Assembly: GCA_048365975.1 (NCBI GenBank)
Contig: DBFOUY010000213.1
Span: 1-41,710 of the forward strand
Direction: 5' to 3'
Origin: Eubacterium sp.
GTDB taxonomy: Bacteria > Bacillota > Clostridia > Oscillospirales > Acutalibacteraceae
Length of the DNA stretch: 41,710 nt
The notes beneath the pieces were generated by a model. The model had not been told where the DNA came from and ran no database searches. It saw only the letters and a program-made list of their open reading frames with translations. The translations under genes and the position numbers were made by a program. Of this stretch, positions 1 through 9,129 are shown piece by piece; the first letter of the stretch is position 1; every line of letters starts with the position of its first letter.

Positions 1-874
1 CAACAGGAGCTTTAGCTGCTCTGTTATTTCTTCTGTGACCGCCGTTATCTTTCACGCCGCCAACCGGTTCAATAAGAACTCGTCTGTCCACACCTGAGCC
101 GACTGAACGTGATGTAACACCCTCGATTTCCTGAACTGTGGTGTGAATGATTCTTCTTTCATATGGATTCATTGGTTCAAATCCATATCTTCTGCCTGTT
201 TTTAAAACATAATTAGCATTTTTTTCTGCCAATGCTCTGAGAGTTTTCTCTCTCTTGTCGCGGTAGTTGCCGACATTTACGATTACTCTTACATAAGTGT
301 CGGTAGTACGCTTGATAGCCAGGCTGATTAAATACTGAATTGCATCAAGTGTTTCACCGCGGTGACCAATGATGATGCCGATACTCTCAGTCTGAATATC
401 AATTTCAACAACATCATTTTTTAATGCAGCTTCAATTTTTGCATCGTCAATCTTAAAGCCGTCAAGTATGGTTTTAAGATAGCTTGTTACATAGTCTAAA
501 TCTATATTGATAGAACTATCGAGCTTGTATTCCTGATGTACCTTTTTAGGTTTCTGCTCCTGAACAGGCTTTGCCTTTTTGGGTTTCTGCCTGTCCTTTT
601 CCTGCTCCTCAGGTGATTTGCTGTATAACGGAACACGCTTGTCGTTCGGTTTTCTCGGAGCTTTGAAATTAGAAGTCTTTCTTTCTTTTCTGTTATCTTC
701 AAAGCTTGCTTTAACCTGTGCATCGCTGCCGCCGAATAAACCAAGAACCTTTTTCTTTGGCATAGCAACAATTTCAATCTTAACATCAGCAGTAATCGGT
801 GCATTAAGACCTGCTTTAGCAGCAAGAGTTGCTTCCTCGATAGTTTTACCGGTACCGATAAATTCCTTTATCAT
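1..874 (-). CDS. jag: Jag/EloR (KhpB) RNA-binding protein; 3' end runs off the window
   Basis: Absent from the ORF track because there is no stop in the window. Manual translation from ATG 874: MIKEFIGTGKTIEEA... (Jag N-terminus), KH motif IIIGHRGETLDAIQYL, R3H motif FEPMNPYERRIIH. GGAGG RBS upstream; follows yidC. Confidence 0.95.
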   Translation of the reverse strand, partial: MIKEFIGTGKTIEEATLAAKAGLNAPITADVKIEIVAMPKKKVLGLFGGSDAQVKASFEDNRKERKTSNFKAPRKPNDKRVPLYSKSPEEQEKDRQKPKKAKPVQEQKPKKVHQEYKLDSSINIDLDYVTSYLKTILDGFKIDDAKIEAALKNDVVEIDIQTESIGIIIGHRGETLDAIQYLISLAIKRTTDTYVRVIVNVGNYRDKREKTLRALAEKNANYVLKTGRRYGFEPMNPYERRIIHTTVQEIEGVTSRSVGSGVDRRVLIEPVGGVKDNGGHRRNNRAAKAPV

Positions 875-889
875 ATATTCCTCCGATAA

Positions 890-1963
890 TTATTTAATTT
901 TCTTAACATTTTCCTCTCGAGAACGACGCTCAATGGTGTTTTCAACCATTAATCTTGCTTGTGTCTTTCTTGGCGGATACTGTTTGAAAATAAAGAGTTG
1001 CTGCAGAATAGCAACAAGGTTTGAAATAATCCAGTAGAAACCTACTGCAGCGGGAACCTTGAATGCGATGTATAATGAGAAAAATGGCATCATTAACATC
1101 ATAAGCATCATCTGTGTTGCCTGCTGACCTGCCGCTGGATTATTTTTCTTTTGAATAAGTGTGGATATTAAGCTTGAACCCAAGGAGGTTACAAAGCTGA
1201 GGATAGGAATAATAACAATATTGTTAAAAGCACCATCCTCTGTTTTCCAATGTGGAAAAGCTGTCATATCAAGACCGAACAGGGTCATACCGCTTCGATA
1301 TGTTTCAATATCGGCACAAAGCTCATTGGTAAATATCTGTGGGAACTGAGCCTGGAGAGTTTCTCGATATGCATCAAAATTTTCAAGAATATTAAGCTGG
1401 AAATAGGTGATTTTTTCGCCCTCATGCCCTGTCATACTCTGGAATATAGGCAGAATTGTATCAACAATCGCCTGTGAGTTGGCAGTGAAGGGGGAATCAC
1501 CGATAAGCTGAGCAGCACCCAGTACATAAGAAATCGGGTAGTAAATGATACCGATAATACCCATTAGGAATATCATCTGGAAAAGCATCGGTCCGCAGCC
1601 CATCTGCATTGGGTTGTGTCCCTCGCGGCTGTAGAGATTCTGCATCTCTTCATTCATTTTCGTCTGCATTTTCTGACGCTCTCTGGGGTCATTGCCGCTG
1701 TAAGCATATTTCTTCTGAATTTTCTGAATTTTTGGCTGTAATCGTGTGGTTTTTGCCATTGTTTTTTGCTGCCTTACATTAATAGGCAAGAGTAGCAGTC
1801 GAGTTACAATGGTAAAAATTATTATTGCAATAAAATATTTGTTATTGAGCAAATCCATAAGGAAGTTCATACAAATACCGAACAACCAATAGAGAATCTT
1901 GAATACAGGGAAACCTTCAGATACAGTGTCACCCATTTTCAGTAAAAATAAACTACTATTCAT
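890..1963 (-). CDS. yidC: Membrane protein insertase YidC/Oxa1
   Basis: TIVTRLLLLP...LQPKIQKIQKKY, GCGPMLFQM, AVGFYWIISN motifs; canonical rnpA-yidD-yidC-jag order. Confidence 0.95.
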   Translation of the reverse strand: MNSSLFLLKMGDTVSEGFPVFKILYWLFGICMNFLMDLLNNKYFIAIIIFTIVTRLLLLPINVRQQKTMAKTTRLQPKIQKIQKKYAYSGNDPRERQKMQTKMNEEMQNLYSREGHNPMQMGCGPMLFQMIFLMGIIGIIYYPISYVLGAAQLIGDSPFTANSQAIVDTILPIFQSMTGHEGEKITYFQLNILENFDAYRETLQAQFPQIFTNELCADIETYRSGMTLFGLDMTAFPHWKTEDGAFNNIVIIPILSFVTSLGSSLISTLIQKKNNPAAGQQATQMMLMMLMMPFFSLYIAFKVPAAVGFYWIISNLVAILQQLFIFKQYPPRKTQARLMVENTIERRSREENVKKIK

Positions 1964-2199
1964 TATCTATCCTCGTTGTTAATTTTAGGGGGAACAGGGT
2001 CCCAGCCCCCTTTTGAAAAAGGGTTACACCTTAAAATCCTCCACACAGCTAAAAGACAGCCTTTGAAAATTCCGTGAACTTCAATTGCCTCTATCGCATA
2101 CTGCGAGCAGGTAGGATTAAATCTGCAACAGCCGTGTGCAAACCTCGGGCTGATTGTCAACTGATAGGTTTTTATAAAAAAAATCAATATCTTTTTCAA
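1963..2199 (-). CDS. yidD: Membrane protein insertion efficiency factor YidD
   Basis: [19 protein letters not shown]...[17 protein letters not shown] signature. Confidence 0.97.
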   Translation of the reverse strand: MKKILIFFIKTYQLTISPRFAHGCCRFNPTCSQYAIEAIEVHGIFKGCLLAVWRILRCNPFSKGGWDPVPPKINNEDR

Positions 2200-2528
2200 T
2201 CTATTGCACCTAATGCCTTAAGCTGTTCCTCCATCTGGGCCTTAACCTCCTGCATTTTAACCTGGCTTGTTCTCGTTCTTGCAACAAAAACAATATCGTA
2301 GCTGTTATTCAATCTGTGCTCAAGCGTCGAAAAGGCCGTTCTTATAAGCCGTCTTGCACGGTTTCTTTTAACAGCATTTCCGATTTTCTTGCCTGTGGTA
2401 ATTCCGTAAACGGTTTCACCGCTGCGGTTTTTCATAACATAGGTAACGATACAGGAAGAGGCTTTGTTTTTGCCTCTGTAATAAAGCCTGCGGAAATCCT
2501 TGTTTTGTTTTAAGGTTTTGCTTTTCAC
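2196..2528 (-). CDS. rnpA: Ribonuclease P protein component
   Basis: [17 protein letters not shown] (RNR motif); operon context. Confidence 0.97.
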   Translation of the reverse strand: MKSKTLKQNKDFRRLYYRGKNKASSCIVTYVMKNRSGETVYGITTGKKIGNAVKRNRARRLIRTAFSTLEHRLNNSYDIVFVARTRTSQVKMQEVKAQMEEQLKALGAID

Positions 2529-2549
2529 CCAATCACTCCCAATCGGTAA

Positions 2550-2684
2550 TTAGTAAGAAAGCTTCTTTCTGCCCTTAGCACGACGGCGGGCAAGTACCTT
2601 TCTACCATTCTTAGTTGCCATTCTTTTTCTGAAGCCATGCTCTTTCTTAGCGTGTCTTTTCTTTGGCTGGAAAGTTCTTTTCAT
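2550..2684 (-). CDS. rpmH: 50S ribosomal protein L34 (44 aa)
   Basis: Manual translation [53 protein letters not shown]; below the ORF-track size cutoff. Confidence 0.98.
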   Translation of the reverse strand: MKRTFQPKKRHAKKEHGFRKRMATKNGRKVLARRRAKGRKKLSY

Positions 2685-2796
2685 TTTTTTCACTCCTATC
2701 AAAAGACTAAACTTGTCTTAATCTTTTATATTCTCTGTACGGGTATAGTACAGGCAGATTTTGTCGAAGAGATAAAACTCCACGTTAACGATAGGT

Positions 2797-2826
2797 ATTA
2801 TATATTAAAATATAATACATTGTCAA
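2797..2826 (-). promoter_or_regulatory. Sigma-A promoter of the rpmH operon
   Basis: TTGACA (2826-2821), 18 nt spacer, TATAAT (2802-2797). Confidence 0.7.
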
Positions 2827-2931
2827 CAAAAATTTGAATAAACTTGTATTTATTCTTTTTATATATTATAATAACACTATATATTGCGTAGGGCAGTTTT
2901 ATCAACACTAAAATGAAAGGGTGTAAATTGT

Positions 2932-3639
2932 ATGCTTGGTATAATCGGTGCTATGGATGTTGAGGTTAATTCCATAAAAAACAAAGTTACAGGAAAGACT
3001 GTAACTAAGAAAGCAGGTGTGGAATTTGTCTGCGGACTTATTGAAAATGTAATGGTTTGTGTTGCTCAGTGCTCACCGGGCAAGGTCAATGCGGCAATCT
3101 GCACACAGGTAATGATTGACAGCTTTGATGTTGATAAGATAATAAATGTTGGTGTCGGATGCTCGCTGTCCGATGATGTTGTAATTAAAAATGTTGTTAT
3201 TGCGACAGATGTCTGTGAGTATGATATAGATATTACCGCACTTGGTGAGCCGAGAGGCTTTATTAACGGTCTTAATGTTATTAAAATTGCTGCCGACAGA
3301 GAGCTGAGTGAAAAACTGTCTCGTGCCGCAATCGGCTGCGGTGAAAAAATACACCGTGGAACAATTGCCAGCGGTGATACATTTATTGCAGACAGCGGAC
3401 TTAAGGCGTTTCTTCGCAATGAGTTTGATGCTGTGTGCGGCGAGATGGAGGGCGGAGCAATCGGTCATACCTGCCTTGCCAACGGAATACCATTTGCGGT
3501 TATACGCTCAATCAGCGACGGCGGTGACGAAAGCTCACAGCTTGATTACCCTATATTTAAAAAAATCGCTGCAGATATTTCCACAGCGATAATTGTTGAA
3601 TTTATTAAATCTGAGCAGAATCAGTTTGCTCTTTATTAA
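2932..3639 (+). CDS. mtnN: 5'-methylthioadenosine/S-adenosylhomocysteine nucleosidase
   Basis: GIIGAMDVE, GKVNAA, SGDTFI, EMEGGAIG, RSISD motifs. Confidence 0.93.
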   Translation: MLGIIGAMDVEVNSIKNKVTGKTVTKKAGVEFVCGLIENVMVCVAQCSPGKVNAAICTQVMIDSFDVDKIINVGVGCSLSDDVVIKNVVIATDVCEYDIDITALGEPRGFINGLNVIKIAADRELSEKLSRAAIGCGEKIHRGTIASGDTFIADSGLKAFLRNEFDAVCGEMEGGAIGHTCLANGIPFAVIRSISDGGDESSQLDYPIFKKIAADISTAIIVEFIKSEQNQFALY

Positions 3640-4292
3640 TCAAGATAAAAGCTTGTGAGAATCTGTTCCTCGGCTCTGTTGATAAGATTGATAAATGCAT
3701 TGCTTTCGCACATATCATTGCCGTTTCTTGATTTATCTTCAATAAGACCGAATTTGGCATCCTCAACGGCAATGGCAGCATTTGCAAGCTCTCTTCCGAG
3801 ATTAAAATCAATTTTAAATATTTCCTTTGGAAGAATACCTGCTTTTGCCATTGTGAGTGCACCGCGATAAACGCAGAGTGCGTAGTAGTCATAGATATAT
3901 TTGACAGCCTGTGCATCCTTTGCAGATGAAATAATATCAAGCAGGAAGGTTGATGCCTGTGCAAGTGTACCTACACTTATTTCGCCGTTTTCATCAATAG
4001 GTGTGTCAATGTATGACGTATCAACACCGTTGCGGTTATCACTTACACCTAAAAGATAATCAGTTGTAACATTATAGTATTCACCGCATTTGATAACAAA
4101 GTCAAGTCCGCACTCTCTAATGCCCTTTTCATAGTGGCTTAGTAGTGCCTGGCTGATTCCCAAATCAAAAGCAGCCTTTTTCTGACTGATACCTCTTTCT
4201 TTGCGAAGCTGGGTTAACACCGCTGCAAAATTTGACAGCTTGTCAGTCTTTTGCTTTTTCTCATTCTTTTTTTCACCAATTTGATTTTCCAT
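3636..4292 (-). CDS. XRE-family helix-turn-helix transcriptional regulator
   Basis: LRKERGISQKKAAFDLGISQALLSHYEKGIRE HTH_3 motif; ATG 4292 preceded by GGAGG. Confidence 0.85.
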   Translation of the reverse strand: MENQIGEKKNEKKQKTDKLSNFAAVLTQLRKERGISQKKAAFDLGISQALLSHYEKGIRECGLDFVIKCGEYYNVTTDYLLGVSDNRNGVDTSYIDTPIDENGEISVGTLAQASTFLLDIISSAKDAQAVKYIYDYYALCVYRGALTMAKAGILPKEIFKIDFNLGRELANAAIAVEDAKFGLIEDKSRNGNDMCESNAFINLINRAEEQILTSFYLD

Positions 4293-4406
4293 AAAACCCT
4301 CCACATATTACAGATAGTATTATATCTTCAATATTACTATTTGTAAAGTGTGAATTTAACATTGTTAATTATTTGTAATATTTGGCTAAATAAGGAGCAT
4401 TTTGAT

Positions 4407-5042
4407 ATGAAATCATACACAGTGTATTTATTCCGTCACGGATTAACTAAAGGCAACTTAAACGCACAGTATATTGGGCATACTGATTTGCCATTAACTA
4501 CTGATAGTATAGCAAGCCTGAAATCAATCAAGGCGCACGAGCATTATCCGCGTGCTCAGGCGGTATTTTCATCACCGCTCAAGCGTTGTAAGGATTCTGC
4601 AAAAATTATGTTCCCTGAAAGCAATACAATCATAATAGATGATTTTATTGAATATAATTTTGGCGAATTTGAGCAGTGTACCGCTGAGGATTTAAATGAT
4701 AATGAAGAGTTTAAAAACTGGTTAAGAGGAGATATTAACGCACGACCTCCCTTTGGTGAAAGCAATGCTGAATTTGTCAGTCGTGTCTGCCTTGCCTTTG
4801 AAAAGGTTATTGACGGATGCATAAAAACAGGTACTGATAATATTGCAATTGTTGGTCACGCAGGTGTGCTTATGACAATACTTTCCTGTTATGGTCTGCC
4901 GGAAGCACCGATGGCTCATTGGCAGATGGACGCAGGCTATGGTTATAAGCTTCGTATAACACCTTCATTGTGGATGCAGGGCAGAAAGCTTGAGGTAATC
5001 GACACCTCACCCACAAGCATCAGTGATATGGAGATTAGTTAA
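4407..5042 (+). CDS. Histidine phosphatase family protein (CobC/phosphoglycerate mutase-like)
   Basis: RHG motif (LFRHGLT), SSPLKRC, EYNFGEFE, VGHAG; ATG 4407 after AAGGAG. Confidence 0.88.
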   Translation: MKSYTVYLFRHGLTKGNLNAQYIGHTDLPLTTDSIASLKSIKAHEHYPRAQAVFSSPLKRCKDSAKIMFPESNTIIIDDFIEYNFGEFEQCTAEDLNDNEEFKNWLRGDINARPPFGESNAEFVSRVCLAFEKVIDGCIKTGTDNIAIVGHAGVLMTILSCYGLPEAPMAHWQMDAGYGYKLRITPSLWMQGRKLEVIDTSPTSISDMEIS

Positions 5043-5048
5043 TATGTT

Positions 5049-5077
5049 AAAAGCAGTTCAAAAGAACTGCTTTTTTG
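5049..5077 (+). terminator. Rho-independent terminator
   Basis: AAAAGCAGTTC-aaaa-GAACTGCTTTTTT. Confidence 0.8.
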
Positions 5078-5120
5078 TTATTAATAATATTCTTCAATAT
5101 TTTGTATATATTTACTAAAA

Positions 5121-5174
5121 AATATATTTGTTGAAAAAAGTATTATTGACATATTGCCATATCCATGGTAACTT
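5121..5174 (+). promoter_or_regulatory. Conserved operator-like motif plus sigma-A promoter (copy 1)
   Basis: AATATATTTGTTGAAAAAAGTATT (5121-5144), TTGACA (5146-5151), 17 nt spacer ending in TGG (extended -10), TAACTT (5169-5174). Confidence 0.75.
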
Positions 5175-5275
5175 AGAATTGTAATAATTTAAAATTTATA
5201 AAGGAAGTGAATCCGATGTTTAGATTTTTATTTAGTTCGCTTTAGCAATAAATTAAAACACAAAGGGTTATAATT

Positions 5276-6375
5276 ATGAAAAGTACAAGAAAAATAATAT
5301 CTGTCATATTAGTAATAATTTTACTATTTGTCCAATTCCTCTATTAGTGTGCATGCTTCAGATAATAATTCGGATGTTGATTCAACATTATATATCTATT
5401 CAAAGGAATGTCCTGTTGATTATGTTGAATATGCAAAAAGACAATATTGAGCAATATTTCGGTGATATAGTTTTTGATTCTAATGAGGTATCGCTTGGTT
5501 ATCCTTTTACGTTTTCAAATTACGATTCAAATATATTTTATTTTCCTATAATTGATAATGGAAAAATCGCTATGCTTTTTAGGGTGTTTGAATCAGATGA
5601 AGGGTTAACAGGTGTTGGTTCAGAGTTTTTATGTGATGAATTACAAGATTTTTCAACAAAAACAACCGAAGAAAACCCTTTGAATTTATATGTTGACGGT
5701 AACGAGATAATTGCCGAAACATCATCAGGCAAAGAGATATTATTTGAATATCCTGAGGAAATGAATTTTGACGAAGAGCAAATTACAGGATATTCGTTAT
5801 ATACAGATAACGATAAGAATGATTTTGTTGTTGTAAATTTGTTTGATGAAAAAATTGATACTATTGAAGTGGGTATTTCGATACACGAGAGTATATCAAA
5901 TTATATTACTCTGAATTTAATGGAGTATCAAACTTCAGAACCTTGGTGTGCGGCGTATGCAGCATCCACGATAATCAGAACGATAAAGGCGGATACAAGC
6001 TGCATGGTTCGTTCTATAATGAATTATTATTATTCAAATCCATCGGGACAATCCGTTTCTAATCAACAGGTAAAGGATTTTGCCAAAAAGAAATATTCTT
6101 TGAAAGTTAAAGAAACCACTTCATTATTTGGAACTCAAGCAATAAAAGAGATTGATGCTAACAGACCTGTTTGGTATTGTATGAAAGCAGATGTAGGTTT
6201 GCATACAGTTGTTTTGCGCGGCTATCATGCCTCAAATGGAATTTATTCAATCTGGAATCCGTGGTTTAAATTTTATGAAACCTTTAAAATGGGTGGAACA
6301 TACTGTCCCACAAACTATACATCGAATTCATATAAGTTCAAATATTTTTCCGCAATATATAACTGGACAAAGTAG
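5276..6375 (+). CDS. Secreted staphopain-like (C47/papain-fold) cysteine protease precursor; two single-base frameshifts in the 5' part
   Basis: Catalytic motifs EYQTSEPWCAAY, GLHTVVLRGY, SIWNPW; pro-region FYFPIIDNGKI. The signal peptide MKSTRKIISVILVIILLFVQF-SISVHA is restored only if one base is removed at ~5339 and one at 5435-5439. Confidence 0.75.
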
Positions 6376-6813
6376 GTGTTTTCAATTAATGAGAAAAAAA
6401 TATATATAATATTATTTGCTGTTCTAACAATTGTGCTTTTGTTTGTTGGCTGCTCCGATAATAATGAGTATAATGTTGATGGAAACAATGGAGCATTGTA
6501 CGGTCCCTGTATTTTTTATAATGGAAATCAATATGTAACACCTCCCTATGAGAATATAAGTTATGAGCTTCCTGAGGATGTAAATTACTGGGGAACATCG
6601 TTCCAATACGGCAGCGAGCAGTATATAAATGGTGTTCTTGTTTGTGATGTTCATAATCTTAATACTAATGAGAATGTAAAGATAACCTGTATCAACGGAG
6701 GTCTTGAATTTTATAAATCAACAGATGAGAAAAAAGTGTATACCAAAAGCAAAGCCCCTGATGACAGTGATGCAGTACCTTACTATAGTTGCTATGTGAT
6801 GGTTGAAAATTAG
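6376..6813 (+). CDS. Putative lipoprotein, hypothetical (true start possibly ATG 6389 with a frameshift in the A7 run)
   Basis: KKIYIILFAVLTIVLLFVGC lipobox-like signal; abuts the protease stop codon. Confidence 0.7.
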   Translation: MFSINEKKIYIILFAVLTIVLLFVGCSDNNEYNVDGNNGALYGPCIFYNGNQYVTPPYENISYELPEDVNYWGTSFQYGSEQYINGVLVCDVHNLNTNENVKITCINGGLEFYKSTDEKKVYTKSKAPDDSDAVPYYSCYVMVEN

Positions 6814-6831
6814 TATTATGTAAAAAGCAGT

Positions 6832-6869
6832 AAAACACGTGCTACCGATTAAGGCAACACGTGTTTTTT
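6832..6869. terminator. Bidirectional terminator between convergent genes
   Basis: AAAACACGTG...CACGTGTTTT inverted repeat. Confidence 0.7.
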
Positions 6870-6874
6870 ATTAT

Positions 6875-8080
6875 TTACTGTTCTTTTTTCTTTGCAGCAA
6901 GTACTGCTAAGCCCGCACCTGCCATTGCAACTGACATAGCAATTGTTGCTGTGCCTGCACCGGTAGAAGGTGATTTTTTAGATGTATTTTTCTTTGTTTC
7001 AGTTGTTGCAGTATCATTATTCTGAGTAACAAGCGGTTTAATCTGAGGCTTAGTTATAGAATCAGGTTTATTGGTTGTTTCATCCTTCGGATTTTCAGGA
7101 TCGTCTGTCGGGTCATCTCCGTCAATCGGTGTGTCGATTAACTCCTTAAAGAAGAGCACATTGTTATATGCAGATAATCCGCGCAGAACATCGAAGGTTG
7201 CATAAGCATTTGGCTCTCCGCCAACATCGAATGAATATGCACCTTCTGTTGATGTTTTGAACTTAGCGAGCTGATTATAAATCTCGGTACTCTTGTCTAT
7301 ATTAATTGTTTCAGAATCTTCGTCAAAAAGAGATACTGTAAACTCGTACTCTGCATATGCCATAAGTGCAAGAGCTGTTGAATCTGCATTCAGTGTAGTT
7401 GTGTACTGGTTATCGCAGAAATATCCGCCCTCTGTTTTATAAGTGTCAAGCACCTTTATGGCATCATTAAGCTGTGTTATATATTCATCTGATGTATATG
7501 AGATTGCCGAAATGAAATAAGCAGTGTTGTCACAGCTATAACCCCAGTAGTTCATACCACTTCCCATTGTGTAATAAGTATCTACAAAGGTCTTGCTGAC
7601 CGTTTCTGCAAATTTTTCATCCTCTGCATAAATAAGTGCAGGAATTACTATGTTATAATAATATGGATTAATTTCTGAATCCGCAGGCATTGCACTGAAT
7701 GCTTTTGTCAAATCATAGCCTTCAAAATCCCATACATCAATATCGTTGCATGAAAGAATTTCAAGAACAGCGGCATAGGTTGCAAGGCTTTCGCCATATG
7801 TGCTCACAAGCTTGCCGTCATTTTCCTTAACATTTTCTTTAACGCTTGCAATGAATTTGTCATTGTATTTTGACAAATCTGCACCTGACTTTGTGAGATA
7901 ATAAAAATCAACGGCGTCATCAATAGTGTAGTCACCCTCTTTTTGTGAGGTGATGTAATTAACAATTTTGTTAATTTCTTTTTGCACATCTTCGCTTTTC
8001 GGCTGTGACTGTGCAAATGCTGTAATGCTTGCAGTGAGCATTACACAGATTGCAGTAATTACTGCTAAAAACTTTTTCAT
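6875..8080 (-). CDS. Cell-wall-anchored protein, prenyltransferase/alpha-alpha toroid-like, probably involved in B12 acquisition
   Basis: Signal peptide from ATG 8080; repeats DNTAYFISA, DSTALALMA, NAYATFDVLRGL; C-terminal SPSTG, hydrophobic stretch and KKKEQ form a sortase-type signal; downstream of the cobalamin riboswitch. Confidence 0.7.
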   Translation of the reverse strand: MKKFLAVITAICVMLTASITAFAQSQPKSEDVQKEINKIVNYITSQKEGDYTIDDAVDFYYLTKSGADLSKYNDKFIASVKENVKENDGKLVSTYGESLATYAAVLEILSCNDIDVWDFEGYDLTKAFSAMPADSEINPYYYNIVIPALIYAEDEKFAETVSKTFVDTYYTMGSGMNYWGYSCDNTAYFISAISYTSDEYITQLNDAIKVLDTYKTEGGYFCDNQYTTTLNADSTALALMAYAEYEFTVSLFDEDSETINIDKSTEIYNQLAKFKTSTEGAYSFDVGGEPNAYATFDVLRGLSAYNNVLFFKELIDTPIDGDDPTDDPENPKDETTNKPDSITKPQIKPLVTQNNDTATTETKKNTSKKSPSTGAGTATIAMSVAMAGAGLAVLAAKKKEQ

Positions 8081-8128
8081 ATTTTTTACCTCCAATATGA
8101 TTTTTATGATAACAAGGTAATCCCTGTG

Positions 8129-8839
8129 CTAACATACAAATGAAAAAACAATACTGTCACCTTGTGATACGATGTACTTATCACAGCTTTTTGGCGGTGA
8201 ACTGCCGTTAACGGTGTAAACCCAGCCGCTCTGCTTTCCGCAGTCGAATTCATCAATATTATTTAAGCCTTTTATGTATGTGCCATATACACTTTTCTGT
8301 GAATTTATAGTTACACCATTATTTGTACAGGCTGATTTTAATACATCGTAAACCGTATCGCCATTATCAACTGTAACTGTATGAGTGCTCATAATTATTC
8401 CGTTATCGGGGACAAAATCCTCGTGCCCTGCTTTGAGCTTGTCCATATTATTAAGGATTTGTTTACATTCAATCTCTATACTGCAGGTGACAGATGATGA
8501 GGTTGTTGTTACAGTGGTTTTGGCAGGCTTTTTAGTTGTTGTTTTATTTTCAGCCTTTTTTGTCGTGGTTTGCTTGGCGGTGGTTTTGTCGGTAGCTGAA
8601 GCAGTTGCAGTGCTGTAATTTTTATTATCCGTTTTTGCTCTTTTTGATGTTGCTTCTTTTTCGGTGCTTTTTGTGGTGCCAGATTGCTTTTCTGATACAT
8701 CATGTTCTCTTGATACCGAAGTGGTTATGTTGTCTGCTGTTGTTTCTTCAGGCACTATTTCACTGCTGCATCCGATAAATGATACACATATAAATATTAT
8801 AGTAATTAATATATAAATATATTTTTTAAAACTTTTCAA
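8129..8839 (-). CDS. DUF4430-domain lipoprotein (transcobalamin C-terminal-like, putative cobalamin binding)
   Basis: Lipobox FIGC, Thr/Lys-rich linker, GDTVYDVL...YIKGLNNIDEFDCGKQSGWVYTVNG signature; TTG start. Confidence 0.85.
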   Translation of the reverse strand: MKSFKKYIYILITIIFICVSFIGCSSEIVPEETTADNITTSVSREHDVSEKQSGTTKSTEKEATSKRAKTDNKNYSTATASATDKTTAKQTTTKKAENKTTTKKPAKTTVTTTSSSVTCSIEIECKQILNNMDKLKAGHEDFVPDNGIIMSTHTVTVDNGDTVYDVLKSACTNNGVTINSQKSVYGTYIKGLNNIDEFDCGKQSGWVYTVNGSSPPKSCDKYIVSQGDSIVFSFVC

Positions 8840-8868
8840 AAAAACACCTCTGTTTTTGGGCAGAGGTG
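8840..8868 (-). terminator. Riboswitch expression-platform terminator overlapping the RBS
   Basis: CACCTCTG-cccaaaaa-CAGAGGTG followed by a T run directly into the TTG start. Confidence 0.8.
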
Positions 8869-8923
8869 CAGAAGGTTTTTAATTCATTTGCCTTTCCACT
8901 TGCCCAAAAGCTGAATAAAATTT

Positions 8924-9085
8924 TCGGCAGGTATCCCGACTTATGATATAGAAATTTTAAGAACTTCGCTTGATACACCAACTTAAAGTGTGTCTTTCGT
9001 CAAATACGGTAATGGCGGTTGCTTAGGATTCTAACCTAATTCCCTTTTAATTTCGGCTTGTTGGACTGAAAACCGAGTAGCTATT
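8924..9085 (-). ncRNA. Cobalamin (B12) riboswitch
   Basis: GGTT...TTAAAAGGGAATTAGGTTAGAATCCTAAGCAACCGCCATTACCGT core and B12 box AAGTCGGGATACCTGCC; promoter TTGACA (9129-9124) / TATAAT (9105-9100) upstream. Confidence 0.9.
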
Positions 9086-9129
9086 TAATTTACAAGTTGA
9101 TTATAACATTAATAGACTGTTGTTGTCAA

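Noticed and set aside
502..1477. ORF-track entries overlapping jag and yidC (502-825, 579-1037, 1161-1349, 1250-1477)
   Set aside because: Shadow or antisense frames of well-supported genes; the same applies to most short track ORFs nested in core genes across the window
5347..5440. ORF-track N-terminus of the protease (MCMLQIIIRML...)
   Set aside because: No RBS; the alternative frames give a coherent signal peptide and pro-region, indicating frameshifts
8500..8750. Low-complexity T/G-rich repeats
   Set aside because: They encode the Thr/Lys-rich linker of the DUF4430 lipoprotein; not a CRISPR array or tandem repeat element
4407..9085. Histidine phosphatase as cobC in a B12 pathway cluster with the riboswitch operon
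   Set aside because: Opposite strand, separate transcription unit, no other cob genes; family membership alone does not give the substrate
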